Below, piece after piece: positions 46,557-56,588 of a stretch of 64,000 nucleotides of DNA; the stretch's first letter is position 1, and every line of letters begins with the position of its first letter. This stretch comes from Candidatus Aenigmatarchaeota archaeon (lineage in GTDB: Archaea > Aenigmatarchaeota > Aenigmatarchaeia > CG10238-14 > SCSR01), in the NCBI GenBank assembly GCA_039000165.1, contig JAWBTW010000001.1, positions 1 through 64,000 of the forward strand, in the 5' to 3' direction. Made by a program: the position numbers and the translations under genes. The notes below the pieces were generated by a model that saw only the letters and a program-made list of their open reading frames with translations, was not told where the DNA came from and did not search any database.

Positions 46557-47497
46557 TTTTTCACCCCCTTGACTTTAAGGCCATGCGCAAAAAACTCTTT
46601 TATCATAAGAAAAACAAAGACTATAGCTGCTATAAGAATTACTAGAAAAACTGGAAACAGTTGAGAGGAAATTTTCCAATTTCCTATGGTAATTTCAGGG
46701 AATTGGATATTGCCAATAGACCAAGTTGGAAATTGGATTTCGCCTTGAGGTTTTTGAGTTTGAGTTGTAATTTTTTTAACTTTTATGCTAAAAGGAAAGG
46801 TAAAGTTACACTCTCTACTAGTTACGTTTAAAACAAAAGAATAATACTTGTCCTCAGTTAAATTTGGTGTTACAAAATCAAACTTTATGTCAACATAACC
46901 AAAAGGAGGAAGGGAAACTAATTCTAAAGGTTTAGGATAAACTTTAAGCTCAGAAAAAATTGAGTAGTTTAAGCCAAATAAACTGTTACCTAAGTTTGTC
47001 ATTCTTACGGAATAATTTATTGTTTGAGAAGAGTTAAACTCCTGAGCTTGTAGACTAAAGTTTACATTGCAAGAAAGGTTCTGTGAAGTTTCATTCCTCA
47101 CATTTGTTATATTTGTTGTGTTTTTAATAACAATAAAATCTAGGAAAGGTTCAACAGTTACCGAAGTTCCGTTTATATCTTCAGCAGTGATGTTTGCTAA
47201 CACATAGTAGCCTTCTTTTTCTTTTATTGAAGAAAACCATAAACCATTTCTGTTTGTCCCTATTTCAAGGCTAAGATTAATGATTTTATAGCCAACTACC
47301 TTAAAATCTAGAGTATGAGTTAAAAGAGTTGCATAAACTTTTGTTACGTTAGTATCAGAAGTAACATTAGCTGAGAGAATTAAAGAAGTGTTTTCATAAA
47401 CTATTCCTTTAGGAGTGAGTCTGTAGGAGTTTATAGAAATGGCTTGAGAAACTGGAATTAAAAGGAAAAAAATTAAGAGCAAGAGTGACTTCTTCAT
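46547..47497 (-). CDS. cell-surface glycoprotein (signal peptide, Ig-like, C-terminal TM)
   Basis: Signal peptide, many NxS/T sequons, C-terminal anchor. Confidence 0.7.
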   Translation of the reverse strand: MKKSLLLLIFFLLIPVSQAISINSYRLTPKGIVYENTSLILSANVTSDTNVTKVYATLLTHTLDFKVVGYKIINLSLEIGTNRNGLWFSSIKEKEGYYVLANITAEDINGTSVTVEPFLDFIVIKNTTNITNVRNETSQNLSCNVNFSLQAQEFNSSQTINYSVRMTNLGNSLFGLNYSIFSELKVYPKPLELVSLPPFGYVDIKFDFVTPNLTEDKYYSFVLNVTSRECNFTFPFSIKVKKITTQTQKPQGEIQFPTWSIGNIQFPEITIGNWKISSQLFPVFLVILIAAIVFVFLMIKEFFAHGLKVKGVKKSG

Positions 47498-47522
47498 AAT
47501 TACTTTTTTGTTAAACTTGGAA

Positions 47523-48359
47523 TTATTTCTTTCCTTTTTTAGGTTTTGTCCAAAATCTTATCGCAACAACAATTATTGCCACGATTGCTAATATAATAGT
47601 TGCTAAAAGTTGTGGGCTGCTTGTTATTAAACCAAATAAACCTGTTGGAATTGGTGCTATTATCTCCTCTTGATAAGGAGTAATTTTGCTGCTTTTTGCT
47701 TCTAGTTGATAGGTTTTTCCTTTAACCTTGAAGGATACCTTTGCTATTATTTCCCCTTCTTCTAATGAAGGATAAACCGAAAAGTAAGAGACTTTTGTTT
47801 CACCTGGTTTGATTTCTTGAGTTACTTGTGAGGGAGTATAATTCCATGTTTCTGGAACACTTAAGTTTAGAGACACACTTACAGTTTCTGATTCTTCATT
47901 TTTAATTCCAATTCCAAAACTAAACTTTTTATCTGCTAATACAGACTCAGGCTCTATTAAATATTCAACACTTACTTTCGGAACCTCTTCCTTTTTAACT
48001 TCTAAGTCAACTGTTTTTATGTCATAAAATCTTGGAGAAGATAGCTTTACGTATAGCTTGTAATTTCCTTCGAGATAACTTGGAATTGTTAAATTAACCT
48101 CAATATCTTTTGTTTCTTTTGGTTGAAGCTCAAAAGATTTTGGAAAAATTGTAGCACCAGAGATTCCGCTTACTTCTAATGTTAAGTTTGCAAGAGTTGA
48201 ATTGAGCAAGTTTGTTGCTTGAACTTTAAAGCTTACCGTAGAGCCTGCGTTTACGCTTAAATTTTGTGGGACTGAAAGCTTAAAAGGAAGAAAGAAGTAT
48301 GCTCTAACTAAAGGTAAAGATAGTAAAATTGCAGCTGCGAGTATTATAAACTTTTTCAT
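47523..48359 (-). CDS. cell-surface protein with NEW3/Ig-like repeats
   Basis: Signal peptide, VPETW and IKPGETK motifs, C-terminal TM. Confidence 0.7.
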   Translation of the reverse strand: MKKFIILAAAILLSLPLVRAYFFLPFKLSVPQNLSVNAGSTVSFKVQATNLLNSTLANLTLEVSGISGATIFPKSFELQPKETKDIEVNLTIPSYLEGNYKLYVKLSSPRFYDIKTVDLEVKKEEVPKVSVEYLIEPESVLADKKFSFGIGIKNEESETVSVSLNLSVPETWNYTPSQVTQEIKPGETKVSYFSVYPSLEEGEIIAKVSFKVKGKTYQLEAKSSKITPYQEEIIAPIPTGLFGLITSSPQLLATIILAIVAIIVVAIRFWTKPKKGKK

Positions 48360-49270
48360 GCTGTTTCACCCTTTTTCATAGTTTCTTCCTTTTTCCTTAT
48401 TTCCTTAGATTTATACATACCATAAATGTTCCAGGCTATGATGATTAAAAAGATTATGTTTAAAACTATAAGAACTGGTGAAATTTCCTGAATCGCAGCT
48501 AAATAGCTTGTTATTTCTTCCTCAGGAAATTCTTCTTCAGGTTTAAATGAAATGGGGGTTAAAATTGGCCCAAGTTTTGTAAAATTGGCCAATTCTCCCT
48601 TATAAGGATATTCAAGTACTATTGAAACACTTCCTGTTATGTTTGAGGGGGTAATGTTAAAGGTTAGAGTGGAAGCCTCACCTGGTTTAAGTTTTAAAGA
48701 TTTAATTCCATCTTCATAAACCCATTGTTGAGGGAGTTTTAAGTAAATTTTTATTTCTTCTTCAACACTTCCTTTATTCTCTATGGTAACGTTCAAAGGA
48801 AAGCTTTGGTTTTCTATTATAGTTTGCGGGACTATTATTCTTGAAAGAGAAAATTCTGCCTTTGGCTTTGCTCTAATTTTTAAAGTTGCTACTCCTTCTG
48901 TCCTGTAGGCAGTGTAAGTTTCTTGAGCTATAATAGTTGCTACATAAACCTTTTCTTCTTCTATGTTGTCAGGGATTTTTATTTTAAGCTGGAATTCTCC
49001 TGGTTTAGTGAAAGGAATAACTTCAAAATAATCTGGCTCGATCACGTAAGTAAGAGGCAAGTCTTCAACAAAGACAAAAACTTTTCTCATCCAAGTTCCT
49101 TTTGAAGAAATCTTTCCAGAGACTACTATTTCTTCTCCTGCAAAACCTTCAATCTCTTTTGGCAATGTTACAATCAATTTTCTTCTTGTTGGAGATATGG
49201 AATTTGCTACCTCAACAAAGGTTAAGCTTACTACCAAACAAGCAATAACAGCTAAGGCTAATTTTTTCAT
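48356..49270 (-). CDS. cell-surface protein with NEW3/Ig-like repeats
   Basis: Signal peptide, IENKG, LPQQW and LKPGE motifs, C-terminal TM. Confidence 0.7.
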   Translation of the reverse strand: MKKLALAVIACLVVSLTFVEVANSISPTRRKLIVTLPKEIEGFAGEEIVVSGKISSKGTWMRKVFVFVEDLPLTYVIEPDYFEVIPFTKPGEFQLKIKIPDNIEEEKVYVATIIAQETYTAYRTEGVATLKIRAKPKAEFSLSRIIVPQTIIENQSFPLNVTIENKGSVEEEIKIYLKLPQQWVYEDGIKSLKLKPGEASTLTFNITPSNITGSVSIVLEYPYKGELANFTKLGPILTPISFKPEEEFPEEEITSYLAAIQEISPVLIVLNIIFLIIIAWNIYGMYKSKEIRKKEETMKKGETA

Positions 49271-49532
49271 TATTACTTAATAGTATGCAAAGCTTTTTAT
49301 TTGCATATGAAAAAACCTTTTTAACTTTTCTGTTTTTTTGTCAAAAAACTTATAAACTTAATCTTTCTTTCATCACCGACTGATAAAAAATGTTATATTT
49401 TTACCTCGCTCCTTTAGCTAAAATTTTCTAAAACTTGTTTTTAAGTTTTTAATAATTGGTTTTTTTTAATTAATAATTAATTAATATAAATCAGAAAAGT
49501 TAATTTATAATTAAAGGAAATCGGCATAATAA

Positions 49533-49838
49533 GTGAGAAAAATGCCAAAAAAGGTTTTTGAATATCCAGACGAAGAAAGACTTGAAATACTTATCCTTGC
49601 AAACTCACCTTGCACGCCTACAGAAATACTTGAACTTGAAAACATTCCTATAAGACCTGATACACTAGAAACTATAAAAAAGAGAATGGACTGGCTTTGT
49701 AATCAGGGAAAGGTGAAGAAAAAGAAAATAGCTCAGGGTAACATTTACTGGCATTCTAAAATAGAAGAATTTAAAAAAAGAATTGTACTTAAATTGACTA
49801 AGAAAATAATCTCTGTTCCTGGCAATCATATCGAGTAG
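49533..49838 (+). CDS. winged helix-like hypothetical protein
   Basis: TPTEI...LCNQGKVKKKKI..GNIYW pattern. Confidence 0.55.
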   Translation: MRKMPKKVFEYPDEERLEILILANSPCTPTEILELENIPIRPDTLETIKKRMDWLCNQGKVKKKKIAQGNIYWHSKIEEFKKRIVLKLTKKIISVPGNHIE

Positions 49839-50183
49839 CTACTTTTTCTTTTTGGGTTTTTCTTCCTTAGCTTCTTTAAGTTTTTCTTTCTCCTTTGCTG
49901 CTTTTATTTGTCCCTCACTTGGAAACTTAAGCCCAAGCTTGTTTGCTATTTCTGAATTTTTAAAGGCCTGAATAACTTCTTCGTCGCTAGCATCTTCTTT
50001 TATCTCAAGCTTATAAGGTAATGGCTCAAGATGAGCTACATTGCACTTTCTTCTTTTTATTCCTGTTAAAAGTTTTGGCCCTGTCACTAGAACGAAGCTT
50101 TTATCTATTTTCTTTAAAACCACGCAATATTTTCCCGCTTCCCTTCCACTAATTTTCATACAAACTCTTCCAACTTCAAGCAT
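49839..50183 (-). CDS. rpl14e: 50S ribosomal protein L14e
   Basis: VGRVCMKISGREAGK and IKRRKCNVAHLEP. Confidence 0.93.
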   Translation of the reverse strand: MLEVGRVCMKISGREAGKYCVVLKKIDKSFVLVTGPKLLTGIKRRKCNVAHLEPLPYKLEIKEDASDEEVIQAFKNSEIANKLGLKFPSEGQIKAAKEKEKLKEAKEEKPKKKK

Positions 50184-50436
50184 TTTCCCACTCCTTCCTT
50201 GCCTTTTCCTTTAAAAATTCTTTAAGGCATGCGCTACACAAATAGCCACCGAACATCCTTTCTGGTCTTTTTTCACTTTTTCCCAATTTTTTCATTTCTG
50301 AAGGCGAAAGCCTTTTTATCCCATGTAAAGGCTTTTTACATATTGCGCATTTTGCGATACTTGGTTTTTTCTTTTTTAAATGGATTACAAGCCTATTTCC
50401 AGGAGTTCTAACTTTTACTTTTTTAATGCTACTCAC
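50176..50436 (-). CDS. rpl34e: 50S ribosomal protein L34e
   Basis: RTPG, CAICKKPLHG and RPERMFGGYLC. Confidence 0.93.
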   Translation of the reverse strand: MSSIKKVKVRTPGNRLVIHLKKKKPSIAKCAICKKPLHGIKRLSPSEMKKLGKSEKRPERMFGGYLCSACLKEFLKEKARKEWENA

Positions 50437-50872
50437 CTTCCAGTAGTTTTTTTGCTACCCATCCTACTGAAAAAGAAACCAATATATACCAAATACTCCA
50501 GTTTAGTTTTGAGCCTATAAAGGGAACTTCAAACGGGATTGAAACTGTCATACCACTAAAAGCGTTGCTTAAGAAAGGTAGAACCGCTATCAATACTAAC
50601 ATAGAAGCTACTAATACTTTAAGGTTTTGACGCATGTATTCTGAGTTAACTTTCAAAAGTTCGTTTAAGTAAAGATTTACTTCTTGAGTATTGCCTAAGG
50701 CCTGGGCTTTGGTCAGATTTTCCCTTATTTCAATCATTCTTGTTTTTATTTCTTTTAAGACGTCTTTTTTTACCAGAATTCTGTTTAGAAGAAGGAGAAA
50801 TAAAGTGATAGCTGAAGAAATCATTAACAATAAGATATGGGGTTTGTATAATATTTCAAGCATTTTAATCAA
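50429..50872 (-). CDS. DUF106 / EMC3-TMCO1 (Oxa1 superfamily) membrane protein
   Basis: TM-coiled coil-TM, WYILVSF; conserved position after secY. Confidence 0.82.
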   Translation of the reverse strand: MIKMLEILYKPHILLLMISSAITLFLLLLNRILVKKDVLKEIKTRMIEIRENLTKAQALGNTQEVNLYLNELLKVNSEYMRQNLKVLVASMLVLIAVLPFLSNAFSGMTVSIPFEVPFIGSKLNWSIWYILVSFSVGWVAKKLLEGE

Positions 50873-52332
50873 CCTAAGATTTTCTTTATCAATGGGTGCA
50901 TTTCTTCCTCTCTTTGCATACTTAATTCTTCATAATAACTATAAATAATCATAACAGTTAATAAGATTCCTGTTCCTGTACCTATTGCTCCCAAGAAATC
51001 TGCAAATGCAGCTAAAATTCCTACTATTATTCCACCTAATACTGCAAGATAGGGGATATATCTTCTCAAAACGTTTTCCATAATCTTTTTATCGCTTCTA
51101 TAGCCTGGGATGTGTAAACCTATAGCATCTATTTGCTCAGCAACGCTTGCAGGATCCATTCCTGAAGTGTTTATCCAGAAATAAGAGAAAATAGCGCATC
51201 CAACCACCATAAAAGAAAGGTAAGTCATTGCTCTAACTATTTCCCAAGAGTTGAAAGTTGTGGTTGAAAGATTTGGAAAAGCTAAACTTAAAAGTTCGAG
51301 TAATAGATTCCTTGGAGATGAAAGAAAATAAACAACTCCACTTATGGGGTTACCAGGAGTGTAGCTTCCGTCTGGTTGGGCTACCTTTTCAAAACAACCC
51401 AGAAAGCTACAAAAAGCATTCTCTGTTTCTTGTAAGCCTACTCTACTGAAAAGCTGAATGTTAGCCAACAGTGCAGCCACCAAAATCACTGGAATGTTAC
51501 TTGTATACAAAAGTTTTAAACTCCATGTTCTTCCAAAACCTCTTATTGCTGTAAAAGACAAAGGAATTGGGATATGGATTCCTTGAATGTAAACTACTAT
51601 CAAGAAAATTATAACCGTTGAAAGCAAGGGGATTAAATAAGATAAAGCAAGCCAATTATTTCCTGCTAAGATGTTAGCAAAAAAACCCCACAGCCTACCT
51701 ACAAACTCCCCAGTGGGAGTTGTTGTTTTGCAAAGCCATACCATGCTAGATGGGCCACAAGGACTAAAAACGTTTATTATTATTTGAGTTGCAACTCCTG
51801 CTGCTATAAAAAGACTTACTCCTGAACCAAAACCCCATTTACTCACTAACTCGTCTAAAAGAATTACTATTACACCACCTGCCGCAAGTTGAAGAATTAC
51901 GAAAATATACATTCCAACTCCTCCTATAACTGGAATGTTTCCTGCTACAACAAAAGCTATTGCTTCTAAAAAGCAGAATAAGAAAGCCAAAAACTTACTC
52001 CAAGCCTGAAATTTTTCTCTTCCTTCTGGTTTTGTCATATCCCAGTTTATTATTTTCGAACCTACCAAAAGTTGAAGAATTATTCCTGAAGTTACTATCG
52101 GTCCAATCCCTAAGGTTAATAAGCTGCCAAACCTTGCTCCTAGAAGAGTTTGAATTTGAACTAATGCCTCAAATTGTGGTGTTGAGGCAATACCATAAAC
52201 TGCTATATGAGACAATGCTAAGTAAAGAACTAATGCTATCAAAGTCCAGGTTAATTTTTTGTTAAAGCTTTGCTTGTAAGTTGGTTTTTGGATCGAAGGC
52301 AAAAATCTTGTTATTTTTTCTATTTCTACCAT
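50869..52332 (-). CDS. secY: preprotein translocase SecY
   Basis: LGIGPIVTS, GFGSGVSLFIAAG, YTSNIPVIL and GTGILLTV. Confidence 0.96.
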   Translation of the reverse strand: MVEIEKITRFLPSIQKPTYKQSFNKKLTWTLIALVLYLALSHIAVYGIASTPQFEALVQIQTLLGARFGSLLTLGIGPIVTSGIILQLLVGSKIINWDMTKPEGREKFQAWSKFLAFLFCFLEAIAFVVAGNIPVIGGVGMYIFVILQLAAGGVIVILLDELVSKWGFGSGVSLFIAAGVATQIIINVFSPCGPSSMVWLCKTTTPTGEFVGRLWGFFANILAGNNWLALSYLIPLLSTVIIFLIVVYIQGIHIPIPLSFTAIRGFGRTWSLKLLYTSNIPVILVAALLANIQLFSRVGLQETENAFCSFLGCFEKVAQPDGSYTPGNPISGVVYFLSSPRNLLLELLSLAFPNLSTTTFNSWEIVRAMTYLSFMVVGCAIFSYFWINTSGMDPASVAEQIDAIGLHIPGYRSDKKIMENVLRRYIPYLAVLGGIIVGILAAFADFLGAIGTGTGILLTVMIIYSYYEELSMQREEEMHPLIKKILG

Positions 52333-52418
52333 TATCTTTAAAATTGAGTGTTCTAATTTAAATATTTAGAAGAAGCTCGTTTATCCCTATACCAAAAACT
52401 TTTTAAATTCTTGAAAAA

Positions 52419-52859
52419 CTATTGAACAACTACAGCTTTCCCCCCAGCTTCTTCTATCTTTCTTACGGCTTTTTTAGAGAAAAACTTTGCTTCAATTATT
52501 AAGGGTTTGGTTATTTTTCCTGTACCTAGGACCTTTTCATAACCGAGTTTTAAGACATTTATTTTTATTTTTTCTCCATCTTTTTCTGCAATTTTTTGTT
52601 CTAAGAGGCTTTCTGCTTTTTTATCTAGTTCTTCAAGGTTTATGGACTTAATTTCTTTAACATCAAAAGGCCTTTTAAAACCTCTTTTTCCAAAATGATC
52701 TTTCGCGTACTTAACAGTATAGGTCCATTTGTGCTTATGCATCCCGGCAAAGCCTCTACCTCCTCTGCTTCCTTTCCCTCTGTGCTTCTTGTGGCTTCCG
52801 TAGCCATAAGTACGATGTCCTCTGTATTTTCTAACCTTTTTCTCCCTTCTCACGACCAT
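52419..52859 (-). CDS. rpl15: 50S ribosomal protein L15
   Basis: RGGRGFAG, KVLGTG and KIEEAGG. Confidence 0.95.
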   Translation of the reverse strand: MVVRREKKVRKYRGHRTYGYGSHKKHRGKGSRGGRGFAGMHKHKWTYTVKYAKDHFGKRGFKRPFDVKEIKSINLEELDKKAESLLEQKIAEKDGEKIKINVLKLGYEKVLGTGKITKPLIIEAKFFSKKAVRKIEEAGGKAVVVQ

Positions 52860-53311
52860 TAAATCATCCTCTTAAGCAATTCGTTTATTTCTTTTCCTCT
52901 ATAGCCTAAATCTCCTTTTGGATAGTGCTCTTTTACGGATTTAAACCCCTTTGAAGGTGGTGTTAACCTAAAAACAGGTTTAAGTTTTTCAAAATCCTTT
53001 AACTTAACCTTTTCTTCAAGCAAGGCAGAAGCAAAATCTTCAAAACTATCAAAATTTGTTATTTCTTTTAAAATCTTTTCATCAACTCTTTTATCTCCCA
53101 AAGCTCTTAACCTTTTCCTTAGAAGCTCTACTAAAGTTTCTTTGTCTATTTCACCCCATGTTACAAAATCTTTGACTTTTTGTACCATTCCTTTAAAGCT
53201 TGGAGTTTCTGGCAAGATTACACAGTTATTCACATGCTTAAGCCTAAGCATTCTCAAAGTATCTTCTATTTCTTTTCTAGCTTTACCTCTTATCCTTATA
53301 ACCGCTAACAT
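52859..53311 (-). CDS. rpl30: 50S ribosomal protein L30
   Basis: AVIRIRG, FRLTPP and INELLKRM. Confidence 0.95.
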   Translation of the reverse strand: MLAVIRIRGKARKEIEDTLRMLRLKHVNNCVILPETPSFKGMVQKVKDFVTWGEIDKETLVELLRKRLRALGDKRVDEKILKEITNFDSFEDFASALLEEKVKLKDFEKLKPVFRLTPPSKGFKSVKEHYPKGDLGYRGKEINELLKRMI

Positions 53312-54010
53312 TTATTCACCTTTCTCGTAAATGTATAGATTTTTCAAAGCGTCAAAAATCGCTCCTATTAGGTTCATTCTGGTCGAAGTGTTCCCAAAAG
53401 TTTTTACCCAAACATCCTTTATTCCGGCTAGTTTTAAAATCTTCTTTGCTTCATCGCTAGCTACCAAGCCAACCCCTTTTGGCGCAGGTAGCAAAACTGC
53501 TCTTACTGAGCCACATTTTCCCTCAATTTTGAAAGGAATAGAATGAGGTTCATCACAGCTACACTCAAAGCTACCACATCCTCTTTTAATTTTTAGTATG
53601 TTAAGTTTTGCTTTTTGTATAGCTTTAGCTATAGCATCTCTTGCTTCAGGAGCTGATCCTTTTCCAATACCAACAATTCCGTCTTCATTTCCAACAACAA
53701 CAAAAGCAGTCATTTTGAACCTTCTTCCTGATTTGTGCATGGTTGCGGTAATCTTCACAGGAATTCTTTGGATTCCCCCACCTTTTCCTGTTCTTCCTCC
53801 TATAAGAATTAGCTCGCTTTTCAAGTTTGGTAAAAGTTTGTCGACAATTTCAGGTTCAGTAATCTTTCTTCCGGACTTGAAAATTTCCTCTATACTTGTA
53901 ATCTTTCCTTCAAAAACCTCTTTTCCTAGGGAAGTTCTTGGCTGCCATTTTTCTAAAGGTGAAACCGTTTCTATCTTAGGTAGCTCCTCTTCTACTTTTT
54001 CTTCTACCAT
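53312..54010 (-). CDS. rps5: 30S ribosomal protein S5
   Basis: WQPRTSLG, RGCGSFEC, PAPKGVGL and AGIKDVW. Confidence 0.95.
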   Translation of the reverse strand: MVEEKVEEELPKIETVSPLEKWQPRTSLGKEVFEGKITSIEEIFKSGRKITEPEIVDKLLPNLKSELILIGGRTGKGGGIQRIPVKITATMHKSGRRFKMTAFVVVGNEDGIVGIGKGSAPEARDAIAKAIQKAKLNILKIKRGCGSFECSCDEPHSIPFKIEGKCGSVRAVLLPAPKGVGLVASDEAKKILKLAGIKDVWVKTFGNTSTRMNLIGAIFDALKNLYIYEKGE

Positions 54011-54011
54011 T

Positions 54012-54530
54012 CTATTCACCTAAAATTTTTTTCTTCATTTTTTCAAAATCTTCCGGTATATTCTTAAACTTTTCTAAGTAGTTAGAGATGTGCATACCTT
54101 TTATTCTCTCTTCACTAGGCAAAACTTCCTCACTAACTCTAACTTTAAGTCCAGCGTCCAAAGCACCTTTTACACAAGCATAAATCCTTGAACCTTTCGT
54201 AGAAGGGCTCAAACCAAGGTCTAAAATTGCTTCCTTTATTCCCTTTTCCAAAGCCCTTTTTCCTAGAAGTAAACCTGTTAGGTATGATGCAGGTAAATTA
54301 TCACAAGCATAGTTCCAACCAAGCTTTCTTAACTCCTTAGAAAAAGCAAAAACTATGGTTCTATCCCCCCTTTTGTCGAACTCAACGATATGAGCTCTTA
54401 TATATTTTAGGCTTTTTCTTACTACTAGCCTAGGTTTTTTGGAAAGTAAAAGCTTAAGTCTTCTCTTATAATCTGTTTTTCCTTCTCTCCTTCTTTTGAA
54501 AGGCATTTTGTATGTTGGCTTAAGCTTCAT
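54012..54530 (-). CDS. rpl18: 50S ribosomal protein L18
   Basis: RRREGKTDYKRRL and NLPASYLTG. Confidence 0.95.
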   Translation of the reverse strand: MKLKPTYKMPFKRRREGKTDYKRRLKLLLSKKPRLVVRKSLKYIRAHIVEFDKRGDRTIVFAFSKELRKLGWNYACDNLPASYLTGLLLGKRALEKGIKEAILDLGLSPSTKGSRIYACVKGALDAGLKVRVSEEVLPSEERIKGMHISNYLEKFKNIPEDFEKMKKKILGE

Positions 54531-54952
54531 TTTTTCCCTCTTTTTTTTATCAAATCATGTTGCTCAAGATAAATTTTCAAGTGTGACTTGCTTCTAAACA
54601 TTCCTCCTTTTACAAGTCTGTAAAGCCTTTTAAAGGTAACATTATCTATTTCTCTTTTACTTTTCATTTCCTTCAGCATCTCTCTTAAAGCTCTCACTGT
54701 TGAAACCCATCTTTCCTTTCTAGAAACAACAGCATACTTTGCTCCCTTTCTCAATTTTCCTCTTTTTTTCTTTTCCTTAGGTTTTTTCACTTTTTCCGGT
54801 AAAACTTTTATCGCTCCTTTTTTAATCAACTTTCTTATGTCAGCGGCTGTTATAGCTTCATCTATTTCCTTTTTTCTGGTTGGATCAAGCCAAACTCTTG
54901 ATTCTCCAACCTTAAGTATTTTTGCTGCAAGTCTTCTTTGAAGTCTTGTCAT
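54527..54952 (-). CDS. rpl19e: 50S ribosomal protein L19e
   Basis: QRRLAAKILKVGESRVWLDP and KGGMF. Confidence 0.95.
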   Translation of the reverse strand: MTRLQRRLAAKILKVGESRVWLDPTRKKEIDEAITAADIRKLIKKGAIKVLPEKVKKPKEKKKRGKLRKGAKYAVVSRKERWVSTVRALREMLKEMKSKREIDNVTFKRLYRLVKGGMFRSKSHLKIYLEQHDLIKKRGKK

Positions 54953-55290
54953 GGGTTTAGCACCTTTATTTTTAATTCTTCTGCTTTTTTCAAAATTTCT
55001 TGTCTTTTTTTCTTTCCTACAGTATGAGCGATTTTTATGGCTTCTTTTTCTGGGTTGATTTTTTCAAGTTCTTTGAGGTTGTGAACCAAAACTTCTTTGT
55101 AGCCTGAGGGATGTAAATATCTTAAATTTTTTGGAGCTCCATAGCCTGGGGATGGCATTTTTCCTTTTGATTTTTCTTTCCTTCTAAGCTTGCTATGCAT
55201 TCCTCTTGGTCTTCTCCATTTTTCCCCTAACCTTTTATAGGCTTTTGCACCTTGCCTTAAGAATTTTGGTTTTTTCTTTGGGTTAACCAT
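54949..55290 (-). CDS. rpl32e: 50S ribosomal protein L32e
   Basis: WRRPRGMHSK and LHPSG; start MVNP. Confidence 0.95.
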   Translation of the reverse strand: MVNPKKKPKFLRQGAKAYKRLGEKWRRPRGMHSKLRRKEKSKGKMPSPGYGAPKNLRYLHPSGYKEVLVHNLKELEKINPEKEAIKIAHTVGKKKRQEILKKAEELKIKVLNP

Positions 55291-55814
55291 TATTCTCGCC
55301 CTACAATCCATATACCATCTTGGAAAACTCTTCTATCTCTAGCTTTTATCCTACAGGCTTGCTCGATGTTTGCTGCCGTTTGTGAAACATCTTCTAAATC
55401 TATTCCAGAAACATAAATTTCTGGTGGAACTACTTCAACCTTAACATTACCCTTTATTTTTGCAATTCTTGGAACCCTTTCTCCTAAGAAATTTTGAATT
55501 AAAACCCTATCTCCTTCAACTTTTACTGTTACTGGAAAATGTGAATAAACGATCTTAAGCTTGTACTTAAAACCTTTTTGAACACCTTCTACCATATTTC
55601 TTAAATGGGCAATTACAGTTCCTACCATAGCTTTTAACTTCCTTCTTTCTTTTTCACAAGAAACTTTTATAAGATTGTTAAGTTTTTCCACTTTTACTTC
55701 TTTTGGGATTTTAAGTTCTTTTTCTAATTTTCCTAAGGGTCCTGAAACTTTAAACTTACTTCCTTCTATTTCAACACTAACTCCTTCTGGAATTTTAAAC
55801 TCAACAAAGTACAT
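55290..55814 (-). CDS. rpl6: 50S ribosomal protein L6
   Basis: YSHFP, NFLGE and DRRVFQDGI. Confidence 0.95.
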   Translation of the reverse strand: MYFVEFKIPEGVSVEIEGSKFKVSGPLGKLEKELKIPKEVKVEKLNNLIKVSCEKERRKLKAMVGTVIAHLRNMVEGVQKGFKYKLKIVYSHFPVTVKVEGDRVLIQNFLGERVPRIAKIKGNVKVEVVPPEIYVSGIDLEDVSQTAANIEQACRIKARDRRVFQDGIWIVGRE

Positions 55815-55822
55815 CCTATCAC

Positions 55823-56209
55823 CTAATAAAAGTATGCTAAAAGTCTACCTCCCAAATGTAACTCTCTAGCTTTTCTATGGTCCATTATTCCTTTTGGTGT
55901 TGTTAAGACCAAAAAGCCAAACTCTCTCGCAGGTAAAAATCTTTTTTCCCATTTCTGCAATTCTTCAACTTTAACGGAGTAGTTTGGCTTGATAACGTTA
56001 CAATCTATTATTTTTCCCTTAAGCTCAACCCTGAACTTTCCTGATTTACCATCATCTATAAATTCGAAAGCCCCAATGTAGCCTCTTTCCTGCATAACTT
56101 TCAAAACACTTCTAACAACCTTAGAGGCAGGAGTAACACATTCCTTTTTTCCTACTCTTTCTGCGTTTTTTATTGCCGATAAAACATCAGCAAGCGTGTC
56201 ATGACGCAT
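55823..56209 (-). CDS. rps8: 30S ribosomal protein S8
   Basis: IKNAERVGK, TTPKGIM and GGRLLAYFY. Confidence 0.95.
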   Translation of the reverse strand: MRHDTLADVLSAIKNAERVGKKECVTPASKVVRSVLKVMQERGYIGAFEFIDDGKSGKFRVELKGKIIDCNVIKPNYSVKVEELQKWEKRFLPAREFGFLVLTTPKGIMDHRKARELHLGGRLLAYFY

Positions 56210-56279
56210 AATCTCACATAATAGTAAAATGTAATTTTAGTTTAAAAGGTTTTTAAAGTTTGCCAAACAGAAAGAATTT

Positions 56280-56588
56280 ATGAGTTATGAGATTGAACTT
56301 GAAAAATGCACAATTGCCTTGGGAGGTCTTTTGTTAGAAGATGGTACTTATCTTAGAAAAGATATTGTTAGAACTTACTATAGAAATTTCTGTTTGGGTG
56401 ATTTTCAAGCCGAGAAAATCATTAAAAATTTAAATTTATTTTTAACTGAAGCACAAAAAATGATAGAAGAGATGAAAAAAGTAAGAACTGAAGATTTACG
56501 GTTAGCTGCAAGCTTAGGGGTAATAATCAATTATTACCCAACTTTGAAAGATGAGTTAAAGAATCTTGCTAGAAAGTATTTTGGTTAA
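56280..56588 (+). CDS. hypothetical protein
   Basis: 102-aa ORF. Confidence 0.55.
   Translation: MSYEIELEKCTIALGGLLLEDGTYLRKDIVRTYYRNFCLGDFQAEKIIKNLNLFLTEAQKMIEEMKKVRTEDLRLAASLGVIINYYPTLKDELKNLARKYFG

Noticed and set aside
49271..49532. Replication origin
   Set aside because: AT-rich, but no ORB-like repeats and no adjacent cdc6/orc1
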